Under the pieces are notes generated by a model. The model saw only the letters and a program-made list of their open reading frames with translations, was not told the origin of the DNA and did not search any database. This document shows, piece after piece, positions 55,186-64,000 of a stretch of DNA of 64,000 nucleotides (its first letter is position 1; every line of letters begins with the position of its first letter). The stretch is taken from NCBI RefSeq assembly GCF_036566845.1, contig NZ_DATCVM010000115.1, positions 26,852 to 90,851 on the forward strand, given 5' to 3'. This DNA is from Williamsia sp. GTDB taxonomy: Bacteria; Actinomycetota; Actinomycetes; Mycobacteriales; Mycobacteriaceae. The position numbers and the translations under genes were made by a program.

Positions 55186-56985
55186 TCAGGCACCTGCCTG
55201 CAGCGGCGTGTCCACCACGGTCAGCGGGAGCCGTAGGGCGCCCGGCGCGCCTTCTGGAACCACCGGAGCGATCGGCGGCGTCGGCGCAATCCGGACGTAG
55301 GCTTGCCCCTGCTCGGGCCGCTTGTCCGCTTCACCCTTGTTGGGCCACAACGCAACTGCGCGCTCGGCCTGCGCGCAGATCGACAACGACGGGTTCACAC
55401 CCAGGTTGGCCGAGATCGCCGCGCCGTCGGTGATGTGCAGCGTCGGGTAGTTCCACACGCGGTGGTACGGGTCGACAACACCGGTCTCGGGGTCGTCCGA
55501 GATGACACATCCACCCAGGTAGTGAGCGGTCAGCGGCATGTTGAACACGTCGCCCCAGGTTCCACCGGCGAGTCCGTCGAACTGGGCCGCCGCCAGTTCG
55601 GTCGCCTCGTTGCCGGCCGGGATCCACGTCGGATTGGGTTCGCCGTGGCCCTGCTTGCTGTTCACAAACCGCCACGGACCGAATTTCTGCACAAAGGTGG
55701 TCAGCGAGTTGTTCCGGTTCTGCATCACCAGGAGGATCACCGTCCGCTGGCTCCAGTGCCTCAGCTTGATCAGCTGGAACAGACTGCCCAGCCCTTCCTC
55801 ACGCACCTTGTCGACCAGTTTGAGCCGCCGCGACCGGCCCGGTTCGCCGTCGGTCAGCAGAGTCTGCAGCAACGCAATCGCATTGGAGCCCTTGCCATAA
55901 CGCACCGGTTCGATGTGGGTGTCCGGTGCCGGATGGAACGACGAGGTGATCGCGATGCCCTCGGAGAAATCCTGAGCCGGATCGTACGTGCGGCGCATCG
56001 CACCGAGAATCGACTCGGAGTTGGTTCGGGTCAGCAGCCCCAGGGCGTCGGACACCTCCGGCAACGCACCGCTGTTCTTGTTCAGGTGCATGATCTTCTG
56101 CGTGTTGAACGTGCCCGCGGCCACGATCACCTGGCCCGCGGTCAGCGTCCGGCGACGGGCGCCCACCCGGCCCCACGCTGCGGACCGGCTGGTCTGGACC
56201 GACCAACTCCCGCCTGCGCGCTGCGTCAGCCCGGTCACCGTGGTGCGGTCGATGATCGTCGCCCCTCGGGATTCGGCCAGACCCAGATAGTTCTTCAGCA
56301 GTGTGTTCTTCGCACCCACCCGGCAGCCGGTCATACAGGCGCCGCATTCGGTGCACACGGTCCGGTCGGGACCGACGCCCCCGAAGTATGGATCTGCCAC
56401 CTTCTCGCCGGGAAGTCCTGTGCCACCCGACTTTTCGCCGAAGAAGACACCAACGGGCGTGGGACCGAACGTATCCCCCACACCCATGTCGTCGGCGACC
56501 TTGCGCATCACGTGATCCGCATGGGTCTCGATTGGCGTGGTCACCACACCGAGCATCCGGCGGGCCTGCTCATAGTAGGGCGAGAGTTCACTCTCCCAGT
56601 CCGTGATGTGCGCCCACTGCGGATCCTTGAAGAACGGCGTCGGCGGCTTGTACAGGGTGTTGGCGTAATTCAGCGAACCGCCGCCCACCCCCGCGCCGGC
56701 CAGGATCATCACATCTTTGAGGAGATGGATCCGCTGGATGCCGAACATCCCCAGCCTGGGAGCCCACAGCCACTTGTGGAGCCGCCAGCTCGTCTTGGCG
56801 AACTGGTCGTCGGTGAACCGACGACCGGCCTCGACGACACCGACCTTGTAGCCCTTCTCGACCAGCCGCAACGCACTGACACTCCCACCGAACCCCGATC
56901 CGATGATCAGCACATCGAAATCGTGGTCGCGGCGGGCTTCAGGCTGCTCGGGCTGTGAGTAACCGTTACCGCGTGATACAGACAC
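55186..56985 (-). CDS. choD: GMC oxidoreductase, cholesterol oxidase ChoD-like (Rv3409c)
   Basis: IIGSGFGGSV, GVGGGSLNYANTL, CGACMTGC, AHYLGG, LGVNPSLSI; start approximate (GTG 56985). Confidence 0.88.
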   Translation of the reverse strand: MSVSRGNGYSQPEQPEARRDHDFDVLIIGSGFGGSVSALRLVEKGYKVGVVEAGRRFTDDQFAKTSWRLHKWLWAPRLGMFGIQRIHLLKDVMILAGAGVGGGSLNYANTLYKPPTPFFKDPQWAHITDWESELSPYYEQARRMLGVVTTPIETHADHVMRKVADDMGVGDTFGPTPVGVFFGEKSGGTGLPGEKVADPYFGGVGPDRTVCTECGACMTGCRVGAKNTLLKNYLGLAESRGATIIDRTTVTGLTQRAGGSWSVQTSRSAAWGRVGARRRTLTAGQVIVAAGTFNTQKIMHLNKNSGALPEVSDALGLLTRTNSESILGAMRRTYDPAQDFSEGIAITSSFHPAPDTHIEPVRYGKGSNAIALLQTLLTDGEPGRSRRLKLVDKVREEGLGSLFQLIKLRHWSQRTVILLVMQNRNNSLTTFVQKFGPWRFVNSKQGHGEPNPTWIPAGNEATELAAAQFDGLAGGTWGDVFNMPLTAHYLGGCVISDDPETGVVDPYHRVWNYPTLHITDGAAISANLGVNPSLSICAQAERAVALWPNKGEADKRPEQGQAYVRIAPTPPIAPVVPEGAPGALRLPLTVVDTPLQAGA

Positions 56986-57038
56986 CTTGACATCGTACCT
57001 TGTCACATAGGCGTCTCGCGGCGACTCCGCCGGTAGCC

Positions 57039-58181
57039 CTAATCGCAGGCCGAGAGCCCGACCTTCTGGAACTCCTTGAGGTTCGAATAGCCGGCCTTGG
57101 CCATGGAACGGCGGAGTGCGCCAACGATGTTCAGATGCCCGAACGGATCGTCGGTGGGTCCGTGGAGAACGGTCTCGAGGGTCGGACGACCCTCGTCCGA
57201 CGACACCGGCAGCAGCGCGCCTCGCGGCATCGACGGATGCGCCGCAGCGGCCGGCCAATAGTAACCGCGACCGGGGGCCTCGGCAGACGCTGCCAGCGGA
57301 CTGCCCAGAACCGCGGCATCCGCGCCACAGGCGATCGCCTTCGCGAGCTCTCCGGAGGTGTGGATGTCACCGTCGGCGATGACGTGGACGTACCGACCGC
57401 CCGTTTCGTCGAGGTACTCGCGCCGCGCAGCAGCGGCATCCGCGATGGCCGTGGCCATCGGCACCCCGATACCGAGCACCTCATTGGTGGTGGTTGATCC
57501 CATCGTCGAGCCGTACCCGACGATGACCGCGGCCGCGCCGGTACGCATCAGGTGCAGGGCCGTGCGGTGGTCGTGGACACCGCCGGCGATCACCGGCACA
57601 TCCAACTCGGCGATGAAGGTCTTGAGGTTGAGCGGCGCCGAATCCTCTTGGGAGACATGCTCGGCGGAGATGATCGTGCCGTGGATGACCAGCAGCTCGA
57701 CGCCCGCCGCCACCAGCACCGGGGTCAACTCGGCCGCGTTCTGCGGGCTGACCCGCACCGCGGTGGTCACGCCGGCATCCCGGATCGATTTGACGGCCTG
57801 ACCCAGCAGATCCCGATCGATCGGGGCGGCATGGAGTTCCTGCAGCTTGCGCACCGCGGCCGACGGATCGATGTCGTTCTCGGCGATCTCGATCACCTGG
57901 GCGATCTTGTCCTCGACATCGCGATGCCGCGCCCACAGACCTTCACCGTTGAGCACACCGAGACCACCGAGGCGTCCGAGTTCGACGGCCGACTCGGGCG
58001 ACATCAGCGCGTCGGTCGGATGGCTCAGAATCGGTGTGTCGAAACGATAGGCGTCGAGCTGCCACGCGGTCGAAACCTCTTTGGAGGAACGCGTCCGGCG
58101 GGATGGAACGATGTTGATGTCGCTGAGTTCGAATGTCCGCCGGGCAGTCCTGCCCATGCCGATATCCACAAGATCGCGCAC
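57039..58181 (-). CDS. guaB3: GuaB3 family IMP dehydrogenase-related protein
   Basis: FELSDINIVPSRRTRSS, VHVIADG, KAIACGADA, KEFQKV; no catalytic GSIC motif. Confidence 0.9.
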   Translation of the reverse strand: MRDLVDIGMGRTARRTFELSDINIVPSRRTRSSKEVSTAWQLDAYRFDTPILSHPTDALMSPESAVELGRLGGLGVLNGEGLWARHRDVEDKIAQVIEIAENDIDPSAAVRKLQELHAAPIDRDLLGQAVKSIRDAGVTTAVRVSPQNAAELTPVLVAAGVELLVIHGTIISAEHVSQEDSAPLNLKTFIAELDVPVIAGGVHDHRTALHLMRTGAAAVIVGYGSTMGSTTTNEVLGIGVPMATAIADAAAARREYLDETGGRYVHVIADGDIHTSGELAKAIACGADAAVLGSPLAASAEAPGRGYYWPAAAAHPSMPRGALLPVSSDEGRPTLETVLHGPTDDPFGHLNIVGALRRSMAKAGYSNLKEFQKVGLSACD

Positions 58182-58277
58182 GTATGGTGCCTTTCGTTGC
58201 CGCTGCGCATCACACAGTCGCGATGCAGCCAGCTGATTTGGCCCTCCCCTGACGGCCGGCTCGCACCGACCAGATCT

Positions 58278-59876
<1,599 letters not shown>

Positions 59877-60029
59877 CTATCTGCTCGAAAGTGCAACCCC
59901 TGACACCGCAGCAGAGCTTCCCATCACACCTGGGCACAACGTCGCGCTGTCATCCGGGTAACGGAAACTTTTCGTCTCATGGGCGCGCAGAGTGGCGCCG
60001 GTGGGGTGCGGCTGACTACCGTGGTCAGG

Positions 60030-60422
60030 GTGCGAGACCATTTGCCACCGGGACTGCCACCGGACCCATTTGCCGACGATCCCCGAGGGGACCCTTCGGC
60101 AGCTCTCGATGCAGCCCCTCCCGGAGAGCCTCTGGACGCAGCCGAACGGATGGCGATCGAGGAAGATCTCGCCGATCTCGCCGTCTACGAGGCATTACTC
60201 CATCGCCGCGGTGTCCGCGGACTGGTTGTCATCTGCGACGACTGCCAGCTCGACCATTACCACGACTGGGACATGCTGCGCGCAAACCTGCTGCAGCTCC
60301 TGGTCGAGGGAACCGTGCGCCCGCACGAGCCGGCGGTCGACCCGTCGCCCGAGGCGTACGTGACGTGGGATTACTGCCGCGGCTATGCCGACGCGATGAT
60401 GCACATCCGCGAAGACGACTGA
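60030..60422 (+). CDS. DUF5319 family protein (Rv3412-like)
   Basis: LPPGLPPDPFADDP, CDDC...HYHDW, PHEPA, YCRGYAD; conserved position between guaB2 and rsdA. Confidence 0.82.
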   Translation: MRDHLPPGLPPDPFADDPRGDPSAALDAAPPGEPLDAAERMAIEEDLADLAVYEALLHRRGVRGLVVICDDCQLDHYHDWDMLRANLLQLLVEGTVRPHEPAVDPSPEAYVTWDYCRGYADAMMHIREDD

Positions 60423-60441
60423 GTCCGCATCCGGATTCGAC

Positions 60442-60478
60442 CAAAACGGTGGTGATCGCTTCGATCACCACCGTTTTG
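60442..60478. terminator. Perfect 17-bp hairpin between convergent genes, likely bidirectional terminator
   Basis: CAAAACGGTGGTGATCG-CTT-CGATCACCACCGTTTTG. Confidence 0.8.
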
Positions 60479-60503
60479 TTGTCACCTCGTCGTGTTGCGG
60501 GCG

Positions 60504-61427
60504 TCAGCCCGGGGGAACCACGGGAACGTCGCTGGTGGTGGTCGTCGTGGTCGTCGACTCCGACGGCGGCGGCTCACTGACACTTGTCGGCGGCGGCTCC
60601 GACGATGACGGCACCGGTTCGCTGACGACGGTCTCGGTGGGTGTGACCGTCACCGTTTCCTGCGGAACCGTCACGGTCACCGACGGTGGTGTGGTCACGA
60701 TGCTCGGCGGCACCGCCACCGGACTGGAACTGGTCGATTCCGACGACGACGGCGTTGTGGTCTGGTCCTCGAGCAATCCGCGCAACTTGTCGATCTTGCG
60801 TTGCAAGGCGGCCCGGTCGCTCGCGGAATTCACATCGCCCAGAAGCGATTCGGCGGAGCTCAGGTACTTGTCCGCAGCCTGCTTGTCGCCGGCCGCAAAT
60901 GCCGCAGCGGCACGCTCGATGTTGGCCTCGGCATCCGCCATGGCCAGAGTGGACGACGCGTCGGCGCCGAACATCACCTCTTTGACGCCCCACAGCGGAT
61001 CTCCCGGCGCCGCGTTGTGCGCCACCACACTCACGCCACCGAACACCAGGGCGACCGCTGCCACGGCACCACCGGCATAGCGGGCGATCCGAAGCGAACG
61101 CCGGTGGGTGTCACTGCGCCGCGCCGCGGCGGCGATTCCGGCCTCGACCGCCTCCAGTGTCGGATTCGGCCCGATCGGTTCGGACAACACCTCGCTGCGC
61201 CAGTTCGACAGGAGCCCGGCCAGTTCATAGTCGACCCGGCTCCGCGTCGGCACAACTGGCCTCGAGAGCAGCGCCTCGATGTACTCGTCGTCGGCGCGAA
61301 CTTCACCGAGATCGACGGGGATCAGATCTTCGTCCACCGCGGCATCATCCGGCGAGGGTGTGACTCCGAATCCCTTGTCGACACCGCCGACCCGGCGATC
61401 ACGCTTTCTGGACACTACCCTCACCAC
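60504..61427 (-). CDS. rsdA: Anti-sigma-D factor
   Basis: DLGEVRADDEYIEAL, LSNWRSEV, TM, AAPGDPLWGVKEVMF, Pro/Thr tail; follows sigD. Confidence 0.85.
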   Translation of the reverse strand: MVRVVSRKRDRRVGGVDKGFGVTPSPDDAAVDEDLIPVDLGEVRADDEYIEALLSRPVVPTRSRVDYELAGLLSNWRSEVLSEPIGPNPTLEAVEAGIAAAARRSDTHRRSLRIARYAGGAVAAVALVFGGVSVVAHNAAPGDPLWGVKEVMFGADASSTLAMADAEANIERAAAAFAAGDKQAADKYLSSAESLLGDVNSASDRAALQRKIDKLRGLLEDQTTTPSSSESTSSSPVAVPPSIVTTPPSVTVTVPQETVTVTPTETVVSEPVPSSSEPPPTSVSEPPPSESTTTTTTTSDVPVVPPG

Positions 61428-61986
61428 CTCTCATGAGCTCTTTCTTCAACTTCGCGAGCGCCCGGTGCTGGGCCACCCGCACCGCGCCCGCCGTACTACC
61501 GATGGCGGCGGCTGTTTCTTCGGCGGACAGTCCCACCACCACTCGCAACACCAGGACTTCTCTCTGCTTCTCCGGAAGTTTTGTGAGCAGTTGGTTCATC
61601 CGCCGACCAGCGTCGGAGTCGATGGCCCGCTGTTCGGGGCCACTACCGGTATCCAACTGCTCGGGCAGCTCCTCGACCGGTTCGGACTTGTTCCGGCCCG
61701 CTGACCGATGAGCATCCGCGACCTTGTGTGCAGCGATGCCGTACACAAACGCCATGAACGGCCTGCCCTGGTCCTGATACCGGGGCAGTGCGGTCATGAC
61801 GGCCATGCAGACCTCCTGGGCGACGTCGTCAGCGGAGTGCGAATGTCGCTCGCCGCCTCCGACCCGGGCTCTGCAATAACGCACAACCATGGGACGGACA
61901 CTCTCTAAAACATCGGAGAGAGCTGACCGATCGCCCTGCGTCGCCGCAGTGACCGCCCGGTCCAACTCGTCACCTGTAAAAATCAT
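61399..61986 (-). CDS. sigD: ECF sigma factor SigD
   Basis: VVRYCRARVG, DDVAQEV, PFMAFVYGIAAHKVAD, STAGAVRVAQHRALAKL. Confidence 0.92.
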   Translation of the reverse strand: MIFTGDELDRAVTAATQGDRSALSDVLESVRPMVVRYCRARVGGGERHSHSADDVAQEVCMAVMTALPRYQDQGRPFMAFVYGIAAHKVADAHRSAGRNKSEPVEELPEQLDTGSGPEQRAIDSDAGRRMNQLLTKLPEKQREVLVLRVVVGLSAEETAAAIGSTAGAVRVAQHRALAKLKKELMRGGEGSVQKA

Positions 61987-62109
61987 CGCTCGTTGAAGTC
62001 TCCGCGTTACTTATCGCCGAATGTCCACTATTCATACGGGGACCATCCCCCAGCGAGTCGCCCTGACGGGGCGCCACGGTGGTTTCGCCCCCGGTCGTCG
62101 TTTGCAAGC

Positions 62110-62976
62110 TTAACCAGCCCCCATCGACCGGTTGACACGCTGATGCATCGACCCGCCGCGCTCGGCGAGTACACGCCCCACCCGCTCGGCCCGAGCCGCC
62201 CACTGTTCCCCCGCTCCGGTTCCCCTCGCTCCTATCCCGTCGAGCAGCTTGGCCGCCGCCCATTCCAGGGGCAACTGCCGTGCTGCGGCGGCGGTCTCGG
62301 CAACGCGTTCGGCGCGCTGGGCTGCGTCTCCGACGTCGCCGGCCGCCGCTGCTGCAGCCGCACCGATCAATTCGGTTTTTATCCTATGGCGCTGCGACGG
62401 ACCCGCCACCGCAATCGCCTGCGCAGCGGCTGCGTGTTCGAGGGCGGCAACCGGGTCCGACGTGAACATGGCGAGCTCGGCGCGCACCCAGCACCGCCGC
62501 AGATCCAGCCGCTGTCCCCAGATCCACGCCGTCACGTCCCCGGCGGGCACTTGCTCGCGATCGCGCAGGATCCGCTCCACCCGACCCAGAAGTATGTCCG
62601 CGGCCCCGAACATCCCCCGTCCGAGGTTGTCGGCCGCCAGTCCGGTGAGCGCGTCGCAATGGGCAGCCGTCGTCTCGGCATAACCCAGATCTCCCTGTCC
62701 CGCGATGTAGAGAGCGGCACCGTCATGGTCTGCCGCGCGGTGGTGCCGTCCGCCCTGACGTAGATGAGCGGCGCGGGTACTCGCAGCGATCGACCTCAAT
62801 ACCCGGCCGCAGTTGTCGCTCTCCATACGGTGCAGCTCGGTCGCCGCAACCGCGTAATACCCCTGCCCACCGAGTGCAACCGCCCGCAGCCACCTCGTCC
62901 AGGCGTCGTGGGCGGGCGGAACGGCGATCACACTCGCACTGCCGCCGAACGCAATGGCAGGTAGTGTGATCTGCAT
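62110..62976 (-). CDS. Conserved hypothetical helical protein (Rv3415c-like)
   Basis: WLRAVALGGQGYY, STRAAHLRQGGRH, DALTGLAADNLG, WVRAELA; position between sigD and whiB3. Confidence 0.75.
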   Translation of the reverse strand: MQITLPAIAFGGSASVIAVPPAHDAWTRWLRAVALGGQGYYAVAATELHRMESDNCGRVLRSIAASTRAAHLRQGGRHHRAADHDGAALYIAGQGDLGYAETTAAHCDALTGLAADNLGRGMFGAADILLGRVERILRDREQVPAGDVTAWIWGQRLDLRRCWVRAELAMFTSDPVAALEHAAAAQAIAVAGPSQRHRIKTELIGAAAAAAAGDVGDAAQRAERVAETAAAARQLPLEWAAAKLLDGIGARGTGAGEQWAARAERVGRVLAERGGSMHQRVNRSMGAG

Positions 62977-63413
62977 CGCTCTCCTGGGCTCGTAGAAATC
63001 GAATTAGCGCAGATTTAACTTACCGGCGCGGGCCAGAACATCGACACGATGTCAACGGGAGATGGCCGAATTGTTTCCTTAAGGTTAATCGGCAACAGTC
63101 CCTGCGCGCCTTCGTAACGAACCGATTCTGGGACTTGGGCGCCGAGACGGATCTCGATCAATGCCATGAACTGCACTGATTGCACCATCCCTCACCACCG
63201 GCATCGCACGTGGCCCACAACAACCAGACGTTCTCCGCTAAACGAATGGTTAACACGGATCTAACCTATCCCCGGGCCAGCCCCTAATTCTCAGGCTATT
63301 GACTCCATTTCACCCATTTGCATACGGTGTGCAGGACGACGAGGAAAAACGTCGAATCGGTTTCATAAAGCTCACAATTAAGCCGCAAAGGCACGTCAAA
63401 GAGGAGCGAGTAT

Positions 63414-63710
63414 ATGCCTCAACCAAACCACCTCCCAGGACCGAACGCCGACATCTGGGATTGGCAGATGAAGGGCCTGTGCCGCGGAATCGACTCATCG
63501 ATGTTCTTCCACCCGGACGGCGAACGCGGCCGGGCCCGGGCCCAGCGTGAACGTCGGGCGAAGGAACTCTGCCACCAGTGCCCGGTCGTGGCCCACTGCC
63601 GTGAACACGCATTGGCCGTGGCCGAGCCCTATGGAATCTGGGGCGGACTGTCGGAATCGGAACGCGGGATACTGATGAAGCGTGGCGTCGGACGCCGCAT
63701 CGCGAGCTGA
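63414..63710 (+). CDS. whiB3: WhiB-family Fe-S transcription factor WhiB3
   Basis: MPQPNHLPGPNADIWDWQ, four Cys (LCRG, LCHQCP, HCRE), GIWGGLSE. Confidence 0.95.
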   Translation: MPQPNHLPGPNADIWDWQMKGLCRGIDSSMFFHPDGERGRARAQRERRAKELCHQCPVVAHCREHALAVAEPYGIWGGLSESERGILMKRGVGRRIAS

Positions 63711-63771
63711 GTCCGACTCGGCGCACAGTGAACAACACACAACTTCATGATGTCGGCCATTTGAAATCAGT

Positions 63772-63791
63772 CTGAAGACAATTGTCTTCAG
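63772..63791. repeat. Perfect loop-less 20-bp palindrome
   Basis: CTGAAGACAATTGTCTTCAG. Confidence 0.8.
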
Positions 63792-63828
63792 TTACTATTC
63801 TTGGCCGAACAATTCAGATAGAGACCAA

Positions 63829-63867
63829 ACAACGGTGCCCCGGCTCATTTCGCCGGGGCACCGTTGT
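63829..63867. terminator. 16-bp hairpin between whiB3 and groEL1, likely terminator
   Basis: ACAACGGTGCCCCGGC-TCATTTC-GCCGGGGCACCGTTGT. Confidence 0.8.
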
Positions 63868-63905
63868 CGGTAGTCAGTCGGGGCCAATGGCCCCACATTC
63901 ACGAA

Positions 63906-64000
63906 TCAGTGAGCGTGTCCGTGATGACCGTGTCCGCCGCCGACAGGTTCGTCGGCGGGCTTTTCGGTGATGGTGCTCTCGGTGGTCAGCACCATCCGCG
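63906..64000 (-). CDS. groEL: Chaperonin GroEL1, 3' end (partial)
   Basis: Manual translation: RMVLTTESTITEKPADEPVGGGHGHHGHAH-stop; the His-rich tail is typical of actinobacterial GroEL1. Confidence 0.9.
   Translation of the reverse strand, partial: RMVLTTESTITEKPADEPVGGGHGHHGHAH

Noticed and set aside
63906-63950. His-rich C-terminal peptide as an unusual metal-binding ORF
   Set aside because: It is the known His-rich tail of actinobacterial GroEL1.

Overview
High-GC actinobacterial chromosomal segment (Mycobacteriales; a Gordonia/Williamsia/Rhodococcus-like source is an inference from gene content). Its backbone follows the M. tuberculosis Rv3329-Rv3417c order as I recall it: aminotransferase, dacB, YihY, trpS, SAM-IV/metY/metX, DUF3017, folD, mfpA, trmL, dnaE2, acrA1-like SDR, imuB/imuA', guaA, choD, guaB3, guaB2, Rv3412, rsdA/sigD, Rv3415c, whiB3, groEL1 3' end. 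Two accessory blocks stand out. (1) A candidate retron between trmL and dnaE2: a -10 hexamer, a ~162-nt structured non-coding region closed by a1/a2-like inverted repeats (33267-33428), a retron-type reverse transcriptase with non-canonical motifs (YGDD, FAxxH, LAG), and an uncharacterised 139-aa ORF downstream. (2) A candidate synthase-dependent exopolysaccharide locus (8544-16416): BcsB-like anchored protein, exosortase-like membrane protein, processive GT2, GT-C-like protein and a convergent GH5 lipoprotein. Also present: a polyamine catabolism cluster, a DesKR-like TCS with ABC exporter, a serpin lipoprotein, a siderophore ABC importer with tandem IdeR-like boxes, a PspC-TCS module, two LexA boxes and several long hairpins. 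I saw no rRNA, tRNA, CRISPR array, integrase or transposase. All family calls come from reading motifs by eye; no database search was run.
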